From the NCBI RefSeq assembly GCF_000143415.4, contig NW_003314281.1:1069584-1133583 (forward strand): a stretch of 64,000 nt of DNA, written 5' to 3'. Position numbers and translations under genes: made by a program. Shown here in pieces: positions 27,322 to 39,129 of this stretch. Positions within the stretch are counted from its first letter, which is position 1. Each line of letters begins with the position of its first letter. This DNA comes from Selaginella moellendorffii (lineage: Eukaryota; Plantae; Lycopodiophyta). The notes under the pieces were generated by a model, which ran no database searches, was not told where the DNA came from, and saw only the letters and a program-made list of their open reading frames with translations.

Positions 27322-28394
27322 TTTGGCCCGGGGGAAACAAAACCCTAGCGCTAGGGCTATGGGCAGATATTCCGTCAGCTTGACGGAATGTCTTTCCCGA
27401 CATCTACTCCATACATTTTAAATATATATATTAGTTTTAATATTATATGTATTAAATTGGGGAATCCAAAAACGAGGATTTGAAGAAACATCAGGTGGAG
27501 CAACAATATATTCGTTGCCAGCACAAAGTTAAGTGCTTCCATGACAGAAAAAAGAAAGATTCTTATTCATAAGAACAAGCAAAGGTGGAAGAACGAAGAA
27601 GATAGACCGATTATTTTTTTAATTCTGGAGGGCTGAATGTTGTGGCAAACCTCAGGCCCTATTTGCTGCCGCACTTCCACTGAGTAAGCAGACCCCTTAG
27701 ACAAAGCACGATTGGGAAAATAAATCAACTGGGTGGATGGGAGTTGTATTGTTGGTATGGTCTCACTTGTATGAAGAATGATCTTTAAATATACCATCCA
27801 CCAAAAATGAAGAAAAATAAAATAAAATAAAATTGAGCTTCACACTTGTGCAACTTATGACCTCAAAATTCTTCTGTCTCTGTCTAAGGGCATTACAAAA
27901 CTTCTAAAATTTACAACAAAACACAGAAAACAAAGCAGCATATAAACTTGATCAAGATGCCATCAGACTAGGACATCAACTCCAACAACACATACCACCT
28001 TGCCTAAGGTGGCTGTATGGACTCCATCTCTACCATCACCTTGTAGTTAAGATGCAACTCCAAGCACGTCTTGAGATCATAGTGGAATCTGAAAGTGCTG
28101 TCCACCCAAACATGCACAGTGCGGCTCAAATCTGCTGTCCATGTTATGAGATAGCTTTTTGAAGCCCTGCGAAAGTACACAAGCAAAGTTATAGAAAACA
28201 AAACGAGAGCAATCTAACTTACTAGTAGAGAAAAACGCATGGTCTGCATGGTGTCAAAGCCGAGACAAAACTTGTGGCCGACTTCCAGCTCAGGAACTCC
28301 AAAACTCTCCAAATAGAGCTTCACGATCAGCTTCCAAATGGTGTATATTACTTCCAGGAATTAGACTTCAACATTGTATAATCACAAGTGTTTT

Positions 28395-28664
28395 TCAAAA
28401 TTGAGGGACACAATAACCAAACGCTCCTACTCCTTGGAGTATGGAAACATACCCTTCACAACATTTCTCTGGGTCACCAAAACCCTTACACAAAGGCTCG
28501 AAACAATCCTGAAGTAGTTTGCGATGCCCAGTCAAGTGATCTAAAATGCAGAAAATTAGATTCAGTATTAAAATCGCCGCAGAAGAACTTATTTGTGTTA
28601 TAAACACAAATGAGATGAAAACAATCATGAACAAAACTAGACTCAGCTTCTGAAAATTGCCCAT
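28395..28664 (-). CDS. Small secreted cysteine-rich peptide (knottin-like); possibly degenerate
   Basis: Signal-like MGNFQKLSLVLFMIVFISFVFIT, pro-motif RKLL, then CFEPLCKGFGDPEKCCEGYVSILQGVGAFGYC. Confidence 0.5.
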   Translation of the reverse strand: MGNFQKLSLVLFMIVFISFVFITQISSSAAILILNLIFCILDHLTGHRKLLQDCFEPLCKGFGDPEKCCEGYVSILQGVGAFGYCVPQF

Positions 28665-28989
28665 TCCCCACTAGAGCCAAAGCAAAAGTTATGTCAGACT
28701 CGGTACAAAGTCAGCTTGACAGTGGATACGACCCGTCACACAGTGCATATGGTTGCTTAAGAATTTAAAGCCTTGAGTCACTTAAAGCTACCTTGAAAAC
28801 TGATTATAATTCACAGGTGTTTCTATGGAACATGATACAATCCACTCAAGACGTCTTTCACTTTTACTGTGAGCAGACATTCCGTCAACATGGGGAAATG
28901 AGCTCTTTGCCCTCCGTCGGTCGGTGGTTTCGGGGAGTGGATTTAAAAAGAACTGTGTAGAGATGTCCGTTCCCCCGCGTGTGTGAGGA

Positions 28990-29549
28990 ATGGAGGTTTG
29001 TCCGCTGCTTGCGCTTCGAATCAGGCTTGTGATCCAGAAGCTCAAACGCGCCGCGCTCAGGCTTAAAGGTAGATCGTCCATTGTTCTTTGGATCCCAGAG
29101 ATTTAGCTTCTTATCAGGAAAGAAGAAGAGGAAGAGCTCCACAGAGCAGAGAATCCAGCCGGCTAGAAGACCACCCGAGGAAATCAAGAGAGACTATGGA
29201 TTCCAGGTCCGCAAATCATCTGGCAATAGAGATGCTAGCTTTGTTTTGGTTCTTACTTGAGTGCATCTCTCTTATTGACAGGATTCTCCAGCAGCAAAGG
29301 CCAGGGCTGCTCTAGCAGAGCGCCACGAGAAGCTCGAGGTAAATTGGATCTTAGATCTTACACTCTTTTTTAGACTAGGAAGAGAGATTCCAGTCCAGAT
29401 TCCCACTATCTCACTTTTAAACAACGGTCCAGAGGGTAGAGGACAAGGCCCAAACACTACAGAGCAGTGCGGAGAACTTCGCCGGGCTGGCGAGAGAGGT
29501 GGTGAGAGAGGCGGAGAAGACGAAATGGTGGCAAGTTTGGAGATATTGA
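28990..29549 (+). CDS. Stand-alone tomosyn-type soluble R-SNARE mini-protein, copy 1 (113 aa, 4 exons)
   Basis: Exons 28990-29068, 29118-29206, 29282-29338 and 29433-29549, all with GT-AG introns: MEVCPLLALRIRLVIQKLKRAALRLKGKKKRKSSTEQRIQPARRPPEEIKRDYGFQDSPAAKARAALAERHEKLERVEDKAQTLQSSAENFAGLAREVVREAEKTKWWQVWRY*. Aligns to the neighbouring tomosyn tail. Confidence 0.78.
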
Positions 29550-29864
29550 TCGTTCGTTGCTTAAACAAACAAAAAGACTATGCTCGATCGATTTTGATGA
29601 TCGCGTAGTTCTTTCTGGAACCCAACGTGAACGCGCGCTTGTAAATCTCGTTGATCGATTCGCCCGGAAACCGGGTCCGGGGTGAAGAAGGAAGAATGGG
29701 GCCTCTTCGGGGGGCCAAACCGCCCACTGTCTGCTGCCCCATCCTCGGCGCGGGCAGACGCCTCCCAGCCAGAGAGGGGAGGGAGGAGGGCGAACGGCTT
29801 CTTCGGCCGCCCCACGCAAAAACCAGCGGAGAGTGGAAGAATGTTTGCTGTGGCCCGCCAAGAT

Positions 29865-30045
29865 CGGCTTTAGATTTCCCACCATTTCAGCCGGACAACG
29901 TTAGGCTCTTTGGATTGCAGAAAGATGATGCTCACCTGCAAGCGCTCCTGCCGTTCCATCAATCGATCTCTAGCGTGTGCCGCGGCGCTGCTTGCCTCCT
30001 AAACCCCATTCATGCAAATTCGAGTGAGTGAATGAGCTGAAAGTT
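29865..30045 (-). pseudogene. Duplicated, internally deleted fragment of the tomosyn-like 3' end
   Basis: Near-identical to 32110-32385 ([21 protein letters not shown] exon and KWWEI*) but lacks most of the last exon. Confidence 0.85.
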
Positions 30046-30784
30046 AGTTATCGCTGCTCGGATCTTCCCGACAGAACGCCAGTTTAATTATTTATTGTTC
30101 ACAGACTAAATGTTGTTTAGTTTGTGTGTGTGTACGTATATATATTTTAAATTTGAGGAATCCGGATTTGAAGGAACGTCCAGTGGAGCTCAATCATCAC
30201 ATATCCATAAATTCTGGAGGGCTGAATGTTATGGCGAACCTCAGGCCTATTTGCTGCGCACTTCCACTGAGTAAGCAGACCCCTTAGACAAAGCACGATT
30301 GGGAAAACAACCAATTGGGTGGATGAGAGTTGTAATGTTGTCATGGTATGAAGTAAAATCTTTAAATATATCATCCATCAAAAGTGAAAAAAAGAAAATA
30401 AATATTGAGCTTACCTGCCTCAAAACTTATTTATATTTGCTCTGCAGATTTACAACAAAACACAGAAAACAAAGAAGCATATAAGCTTGAACGAGATGCC
30501 ATCAGACTAGGACAGGATCAACTCGAACAACACATACCACCTCGCGTAAGGTGGCTGTATGCTCGTAGTTAAGATGCAACTCCAAGCACGTCTTGAATCA
30601 CGGTGGAACAGCCCTGCGAAAGTAAGCAAAGGTATAAAAAGAAAAACGAGAGCAATCTAACTTACTAGTAGAGAAAAACGCATGGTGCCGAGACAAAACT
30701 TGTGGCCGACTTCCAGCTCAGGAAGTCCAAAACTCTCCAACTAGAGCTTCATTATCATGGGCTTGTGCTTCAAAAGACTGCATA

Positions 30785-31012
30785 TTACTTCCAGGAACTA
30801 GACTGCAACATTGTATAATCACACGTGTCACCAAAACCCCCACGCAAAGGCTTGAAACAATCCTGACGTAGTTTGCGAAGGAGTATCTGAAATGCAGAAG
30901 ATTCAACATTAAAATCTGGGCTTATGAACATGGCCGCAGAAGAGCTTATTTGTGTCATAACACAAATGAGATGAAAACAATTATGAAGACTCAGCTTCTG
31001 AAAATTGCCCAT
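30785..31012 (-). pseudogene. Degenerate second copy of the cysteine-rich peptide gene
   Basis: Starts MGNFQKLSL. A deletion frameshifts the signal peptide, and a second deletion removes the CC...C segment. Confidence 0.6.
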
Positions 31013-31387
31013 TTCCCTCTAGAGCCAGAGCAAAAGTTATGTCCTCGTCTTACACATTTATATATACATATATACAAAGTCAGCTCTACAGTGGATACGA
31101 CCACGTCACACTGTGCATATGGTTGCTTAAAAATTTAAAGCCTCGAGTCACATTCAATCATACACGCAATTGGTTAAAGTTACCTGGAAAACTGATTATA
31201 ATTCGCCAGGTGTTTCTATGGAACATGATACAATCCACTCTCTTGTGAGCAGATATTCCGTCAATATAACGGAATGTGCTCCCTGCCCTCCGTCAGTCAG
31301 TGGTTTCGCGGAGTGAATATTCGGTGTGGATTTAAAAAAGAACTGTGTAGAGATGTCCGTCGCCTGTCTCCCCCGCGTGTGTGAGGA

Positions 31388-31927
31388 ATGGAGGTTTTTC
31401 CACTGCTTGCGCTTCGAATCAGGCTTGTGATCCAGAAGCTCAAACGCGCCGCGCTCAGGCTTAAAGGTAGATCGTCCATTGCTCTTTGGATCCCAGAGAT
31501 TTAGCTTCTTATCAGGAAAGAAGAAGAGGAAGAGATCCACAGAGCAGAGAATCCAGCCGGCTAGAAGAACACCCAAGGAAATCAAGAGAGAATATGGATT
31601 TGAGGTCCGCAAATCAACTGGCAATAGAGATGCTAGCTTTGTTTTGGATCTTACTTGAGGGCCTCTCTCTTATTGACAGGATTCTCCAGCAGCGAAGGCC
31701 AGAGCTGCTCTAGCAGAGCGCCAGGAGAAGCTCAAGGTAAAGTGGATCTACTCTTTTTTAGAGTAGGAAGAGAGATTCCAGCCCAGATTCCCACTATCTC
31801 ACTTTAAACAACGCTCCAGAGGGTAGAGGACAAGGCCCAAGCACTACACAGCAATTCGGAGAACTTCGCCGCGACGGCGAGAGAGCTGGAGAAGATGATG
31901 GCCTCTCGCAAATGGTGGCAAGTTTAG
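31388..31927 (+). CDS. Stand-alone tomosyn-type soluble R-SNARE mini-protein, copy 2 (110 aa, 4 exons)
   Basis: Exons 31388-31466, 31516-31604, 31680-31736 and 31820-31927: MEVFPLLALRIRLVIQKLKRAALRLKGKKKRKRSTEQRIQPARRTPKEIKREYGFEDSPAAKARAALAERQEKLKRVEDKAQALHSNSENFAATARELEKMMASRKWWQV*. Confidence 0.78.
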
Positions 31928-32113
31928 AAAGATTGATCGTTCGTTCGTTAGCTCTTCGTCAAACAAACAAAAGAACTAGGCTCGATCGATTTTGATGATC
32001 GAGTAGTTCGCGTAGTTCTTTCTAGAATCCACCTCGCTAAAGCAATGAGAGGGAGGGACGTGGACGCGCGCTTGTAAATCTCGTTGATCGATTCGAAAGT
32101 GACAAGATCGGCT

Positions 32114-35100
32114 TTAGATTTCCCACCATTTTCTAGACTCCATTTTCTTCGCGAGCTCTTCAGCCATTGATGCAAAGTTCTCTGCGCTGTCTTGCATTTC
32201 TTCCGTCCTCCGGTTTATGTTCTGTTACCAGCCGGACAACGTTAGGCTCTTTGGATTGCAGAAAGAACATGCTCACCTGCAAGCGCTCCTGCCGTTCCAT
32301 CAATCGATCTCTGGTGTGTGCCGCGGCGCTGCTTGCTTCCTAAACCCCATTCATGCAAAATCGAGTGAGTGAATGAGCTGAAAGAAACTTCTCTGGTAGT
32401 TAGTTACCGCAGATCTTTTGTGACCATAGGCTGCCTTGATCTCTTCGGCTGTTCGCATTGTCGGCGTTTTGCTTGATTGTTTAGTCTCCGTTGAGCCACC
32501 TTCAAAAAGCATATTTCTCTCCTCGTCCTCGTCCCCTTTGATAGAAGCTTTCTTCTTGCCTGCTAAAAGCAAACGATTGTAAGATTGATTCTTGTACTAG
32601 AAAGAAGTACCTTTGTTGAAGCTACTTCTCAACTTTCTCATCACACCGCCCTTTTTTACCGAGCCTTCCGAAGGCGATGGCGATGGCGATTTCAAGTCGT
32701 CGTCACCGAGATCGATGTCATCTGCAGAGCCATAGTGTGAGAGAGAAAGAGAGAATTGGAACCTTGACCTTACCAATATCTAACTCAGTTTCTTTATCAG
32801 GACTGTCGGTCTGCCGCTCAGTATGTTGCTCGGCATTTCGATCACTATGGCGTTCGTTGGAAGAAGACTCTGAACTCGCAGCCGCCTTCAGCCTTTTCAC
32901 TATACTAGTTCCATGGGAGGCGACCGGTGACACTTGCTTCGAGAAAAGCTTGGGGAGCTCAAGGGCCGTACGCTCCCCGCCCACAGCATTGCCTAGAGAA
33001 TGCTTTAATTCTTTCATAACTCCGCCAAAAAGATCCTGGATCTGACTTTGCTGTAGAACGAAAGACATTTACATTTACATCAGTCAGTAAGCCAAGAGAA
33101 AAAACAAGCTCTCACCTTCTTCTTGGCTGCTTGAACACTCGCTTTGATGGCTGCTTCTGTTGCTGTGGCAACATCTTTATCGTATAGTAGCGGGTAAGAG
33201 CCCGGTAACCTGTTCCAAATGTTTTAGCTATTAAAGAAACTTTCCACTAACACACCTCATGTCGTTTTCATCTGCAACGACTGACATAAACAAAACCTCC
33301 TGATCTGCATCAACCTGTCAAAAGACCATTCAGTATGGAGATGATGGAAAATGATAGTCGACATACTGCAGTTACACGTCCATTGGATGCTACAGCAAAA
33401 GTTCTGAAGAAGCTTGGACTGCTGCCAAATTCCCAACGTAAAGACTCACTTAGCGAGGTTAATTTGATAACCTCCAACGCTGGTAACGACCTGCTGGCAC
33501 AAAGAACATTAAAACAATGCATTACAACCCTGGCAACGTTACCGGATTTCAATATCACCGGTATCATATAAAAGAAGAAGACCGGAGCCGTGTATTCCGC
33601 TATCAAATACCGATGCCGCGCAGCAAGGCTTTTCAAGTCTTTCTTTTCTAATTGTTGTTCGCATTCCCTGAAACAAAGCATTTGGAACAAAACCTTTGAA
33701 TTCTTTAGAATAACGAACCTGAAGAACAGATGAAATAGAATACACGCGCAATGAATCTTCAGAGCATAATAGTACGAGGTTGTCAGATCCTGTCCAGTCG
33801 TCGTCCTGTTTCACATCCTCCTCTATTTCTTCGTTCCCTTCGGCAGGTTCAATATGGCTACCTGAGCTGTCAGTCTCAATAACAGCCATTACAACGGACC
33901 GTTTAGAGGCTTTCCTTGAAGGAGCTCGAGATACTGATTTTACTGACGATCCTGATGGATCTGATTAAGAGGACATACAATTCAGCATCCAGCTAGCTTT
34001 TGGAAAAAAGGGAGAAAGGCGTACCGAGAACATGTAGAGAAATCGCAACGGAAGGATTATTAGGACGACCAGAGCCAATAGTCTTCCCGCTGCTGCCATC
34101 AATTGCAGCAATACACGCATCCTTCAGTAACACAAGCACAATAGTGTCTTGTTTGAACGATTTTGGGTCGCGTGCTAGAAGACTTATAAAACAAGACGAG
34201 ACAATTCCTGAGGGACTCCCACATTTCCCATGGAAACGAACCACGCAAGCTTCGATATCGAACAAGGTAACCTGTTTCAAAAACCCGATCAGTCGTAAAA
34301 ACAATAAATGCTTGTGCATACCAATCCATTGTCATCGCCAATTGCAATACAACGACAGTCGGTTCTGATAGTTAAGCTTCTGATTGGTGCTGTGTGGAGG
34401 TTTAGAATAGCAAAACACTGAAACCCAGCAGAATACTCTATTTCTCTTTCTGCAGGCGGAAGGTGATTCTGTAAGCTTTGTGACGCAAAAACAAATTTTA
34501 CTTGTCGATGGCTCGTTCTTGCTGATAAAATGGCACGTCCCTTCCCCCGATTCGCCTTGCATTGTATATACAAAAACCTGCGCGTGGTGAAATTCATATC
34601 CATTGGGTAATTCTCCAAAAAGAAACTTACAAGACCAGCCTCGTCACCAGCTGCTAGCAGCCCAACCGTTGGACAGAAGTCAATAGCACATGTGGAGGCT
34701 AATTCCGATCCTACCAGCTCCTGTACAATGGTTTTCAGCGTTTGGAGTTACACAAATCATTCGCTTACTCTATTATTCACCGACGCCAAAAAATAGAGAC
34801 ATGGTGTTGAAGCGTCCCAAACGTTGATCAGACCATTTTCATGACCAGTTATGTAGAGACAGGGTGGCGACCTTCTGTCAACGGTAGTAGAGCTGAAGTT
34901 TCCGCCACTGACAGGCCATCTCATTCCTGATGGAAACGCAGGAGGCACGTTACCCTTCAATAAGCGTGGAATCTGATCCATAAAAAGATTAGGCATACAT
35001 CATAAAGCAAGAAGAACGAGCCTACCTTCAGTATAATACTTGCAACTATACTTTGATCTGGAATGGCCAACAGTCTCGCACACGTGACTGTAGAAAACGT

Positions 35101-36826
35101 CAAAGGAAGCTGGAAGGGAACAGGTTGAGCAGGAGGCTTCTCAGCTTTTATAGAGTCGTAGATGTTGGCTTCCTCATACACATCCAAAGAACCAGGTGAT
35201 GAAAGCACCAACATCGCTCCGTTCCCGATACTCGGGCCACTAGGCAATATAATCACGTCCGCAAAAGGTCCACGAAGTGGGAGTTGCATTTGACAAGCAG
35301 GATCTGTTACAGGTAAGACCTGCAAGAAAGGAAGATAAGAAAGATGCAGGCACAAAATGTAAAGACAAACCGTCACAACTTCCGCCATTCCCATTTCCTG
35401 TCCTCCAAACACGTAAAGGTAACCACTAGGCCCCTTGTCACTCTTGACAGAAGTAGACCACCTCATCACCACGACCGGCATTCGAAATTCCTCCGAAGAT
35501 AAAATGATCTTGAGAACTGGTGAGCTCGAAACGTCTGGTTTTTCTGCTTTTCCCTTGGGATTGACAGGGATGTTCCACAACCAGATATCACCATCTGTGT
35601 AGCCGCAAGCGAGTAGCGTGCCAGACGGGCATGCCCAGCACGCACAGCACGGTTCCTTCTCTTCCTCGTCACTACCTGAAGATTTCCCGCCAGAAAGTTT
35701 TCTCTGCTGATCTTCGGTTCCTCCGCGGATGGCAAGGACTTGAGCTTCATGAAGTCCCCACAATACAATAACACCGTTCCCATAGACAATAACAACCCTG
35801 GAAAAAGAAAAATCAGGACGATATCAGTCCCAGAAACAACCAGAAACTATTAGTTTTTTCTTTTTCATTTCTCTTGCCTGCTATGAACAGCATCGGGTTG
35901 AGGAAGAATGCTCACCACCGACGGTGCACTTGAGTCGTCCGTATCTATCAATCCACCTGCAATCGAATAGATAATAAAGAACTGCTAAAACATTTTCGCT
36001 AGAAACGTACTTAATGTCAAATGGGCAGGAACTGTGTATTGCATCTCGACAAAACAACGATCCTCGTTGTTGAAATGGAGTACAGAAACCTGCCCGGTTT
36101 CATCTCCAACGTACCTGAAAGAACATATAAACAACACCAAGTTAATACAACATGAGATACCAGACAAAAAACTCATACATAAATGCTGTTGCTTGAATAA
36201 CTGCGAACGCAGTGATGTCAGCTTCCCACGTTTTAGACGAGACAAGCTCCTTTGTACTCAAGTCCCAAACCTGTCCAAATACCAACGAACATACTCTCAA
36301 GAACAGCAAGAAAGGTAACGAAGAAAATCCAAAGCTACCTCGATTTCGTTGCGAGTTGTGACATGGATCAATCGTCCTTCATTGTTAACGAACTGTGAAA
36401 AGGGACTCATTTCATGGCTAAACAACAACACACCCAAATAAACTACCTCGAGATATTTACAAGGCGCATTCGCGGGCGATTTGAAAAGAACTTCAACTCC
36501 TTCACGGCCAAAGATTTTGATCCTTCCATCCCTGTGCCAAAATAAAATCCGAGAAGACTAACGAAAGAGATCGCTTGCATGCTGACAAACCTTGAGGCAA
36601 TTGCCAATAAACGCTGGCCGGGCTCATACGCGAGGACAGAGGCCGAGGCAGGAATCCCGTGATGAACAGTTAGTCTCAGATCCACATGCGTGGGCTTGAG
36701 ACTATTCACTGATTTCGGGGATGATGCCTGTAATGCAGATTCCAATCAAACATTGCCTCGATCCGGGAGGCTGGAGCTTACCTCGCCACTGCCACTGGAT
36801 TTCTGCTGGATCACGCGCTTAAACAT
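32114..36826 (-). CDS. Tomosyn/Lethal giant larvae-like WD40 protein with C-terminal R-SNARE (multi-exon)
   Basis: N-terminal [23 protein letters not shown] and WD motifs ([33 protein letters not shown]). C-terminal [11 protein letters not shown]|[21 protein letters not shown]|[35 protein letters not shown]. Confidence 0.9.
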
Positions 36827-37827
36827 CGCTGCTACGAATCAGGCATCACCTGAGCCGATCCATCTTGATTTCACGGGCAATGCGGCCCTGCTGCCACAAA
36901 ACCCTAGCCCCGGATCGGCGAGCGATCCAACACGCAATATTACCACGCAGATCGATGCGCGCAGCGACGAGATCCAGCGCGATCAACAGGAGGAGGCGCC
37001 AGAGCGGATTTGGGGCGAAGAGAGCGCCACAATGAACGAGGAAATGAAGAGAAATGTCGACGGCGTCCATTGGTGAGGCCAAGGCTAAAAGACCTAAGAC
37101 TTACGAAATTTGGGCCATATGGTCCATTCAACTATTGTACGAATATTCGCATCGTGCTTAGTTATTCTCTCTAAAGCAAAGCCAATCGAAGCCGTCCACC
37201 CGGAGCCAATCGCGTCCGTCTCATTTTCATGAAGCATATTCTTTAATCACGTTCTTCAACGCCTCTGACAAAGAAAAGAATTCTGACCATCACCTAGGTA
37301 CGTGCATGCATGAGTGCAAAAATGAGACAACATAGTGCTTAGACTCCATTCTTTTGGCAACGGGCAAATCACTGTCCGCCACCTTTTTATAACACGCAAA
37401 AATAAAACTATAAGACCAGTTTGGAGTTACTACACACATACCAACACGGTTTTTGTCGACTCCCACAGGTGGACGCGGTGAGTTGTGCCAGCCAAGGTTT
37501 TTTCTCACGAAAGTCTCACATCAACGCTGCCCAGCCAATCTTGGGCCGCCACCTTTGGAACGCCCAAGTCTTTCTTTAAAAGTCCTCACTACTAGATTAA
37601 AGACGGGTTAAGGTGGAGCTGGATCCAACTCAGCTTCGGTGCTGTGTTAACGCGCTTACTCCGCGGCGATGCGAGAAACAGTATAAATGCCCGGCACCAC
37701 CCTCACTCTCAACCATTCAAGCGATCTTCAGGGTCTCTAGGTGAAAGTGAAGTTTTCATTCGAGCGATCAATCTCTTATAGAGTGTTTCTCTGTCGCGAT
37801 CTTGATTTTGCTTTCGTTTCTAGCAAA

Positions 37828-38839
37828 ATGGGTGTTCATGATACGGTGTTTCTGTCCGCTACTACTGCTGTGCTTCTGGTTTTGATGATCCAGAGCTCGC
37901 TCGCTGCTCGTCTCCCTATCAAGTCGGACGTTCCATTCGCCCAAAACTACTATGTGAGATGGGCCGACGATCACACGAGAATGCTCAATGGCGGCACCGA
38001 AATGCATCTTGTTCTCGACAAGGCATCAGGTAAATCACGCCCTCTTGATCGAAGCTAGATGCTCATTAATCGATCGATGGTTTTTCTTTTCTTGATACAG
38101 GTGCTGGATTTGGATCCCGGACCAAATACTTGTTTGGTCATGTTAGCATGAAGATCAAGCTGGTCCCAAAGGACTCCGCCGGGACCGTCACGGCATTCTA
38201 CATGTCCTCGGAGACCGACAAGCACGACGAGCTCGACTTTGAGTTCTTGGGCAACACTTCGGGGCAGCCATATATCGTCCAGACCAACGTTTTCGCCAAT
38301 GGCGTTGGAAACCGGGAGCAGCGACACTACCTCTGGTTCGACCCCACTCAGGACTTCCACAGCTACTCCTTCCTTTGGAACAAGCAGCAGATCATGTAAG
38401 TTAGTCCCTCTATATCGATCGATCATTGCTGAACCTGTGGTTTTGGCCCCTCAGATTCTACGTGGACGATGTCCCTTTGCGTGTCCACAAGAACAACGAA
38501 GCCATTGGGATCCCATTCCCGAAGACCCAGCCCATGGGGATCTACTCGAGTCTGTGGAATGGAGACGACTGGGCTACTCGCGGCGGCCTGGAGAAGATCA
38601 ACTGGGATCACGCTCCATTCGTGGCGGCGTACAAGGGATTCAGCGTGGATGCTTGCGCCGGGGGTGTGGAGTCGTGCAGCGCTCCCAGGGGCAACTGGTG
38701 GGAGCAAGAGGCATTCCAGAGCACCGACGAGGAGACCAAGAGCAAGCTCAAGTGGGTCAAGGACAACTACATGATCTACAACTACTGCACCGACAGCAAG
38801 AGGTTTCCCACAACTCCCGCGGACTGTGGCCAGTTTTAA
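37828..38839 (+). CDS. XTH: Xyloglucan endotransglucosylase/hydrolase (GH16), 3 exons
   Basis: Signal peptide; catalytic [11 protein letters not shown]; WFDPTQDFH; [14 protein letters not shown]; C-terminal YNYCTD.KRF...C. TATAAAT at 37682. Confidence 0.96.
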
Positions 38840-39129
38840 CTTTCGAGCGAGATTCTAGGACGGGAATTTCTTGTAAATGGAAAGAGATTAGCATCTTGGT
38901 TGTATAGACATTCTTTTCATTCGAAGACTTCTAGCTTTTACCAGCAGAGAACGAAATGTAGATCTAAGTCGAAAATTTCCTCAGTTCTTGTTGATGCTGA
39001 TAAAGAGGATTCGGGATGCTTTGACCCGCAGTCAACGGACGGTCCATTGGCGAACGTAGTCCAGATCTAGCGAACAGATCAAGAGTTACCTAGAGATTTT
39101 ATTCATGTAATGTAATTAAGCAGGGAATA

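Larger units (their letters stand above)
27450..32385. repeat. Tandem segmental duplication (unit 1 ~27450-30045; unit 2 ~30150-32385)
   Basis: Paired ORFs 28395/30785, 28788/31297 and 29088/31486 (offset about 2.4 kb). Unit 1 ends with a deleted copy of the tomosyn 3' exons. Confidence 0.92.

Noticed and set aside
27560-28350. Exon-like fragments on the minus strand in the duplicated unit
   Set aside because: Contain stops, differ by deletions between copies, and match no family I recognise.
29088-31713. ORFs MDPRDLASYQERRRG... (29088 and 31486) as genes
   Set aside because: Out-of-frame read-through of mini-SNARE exons and introns.
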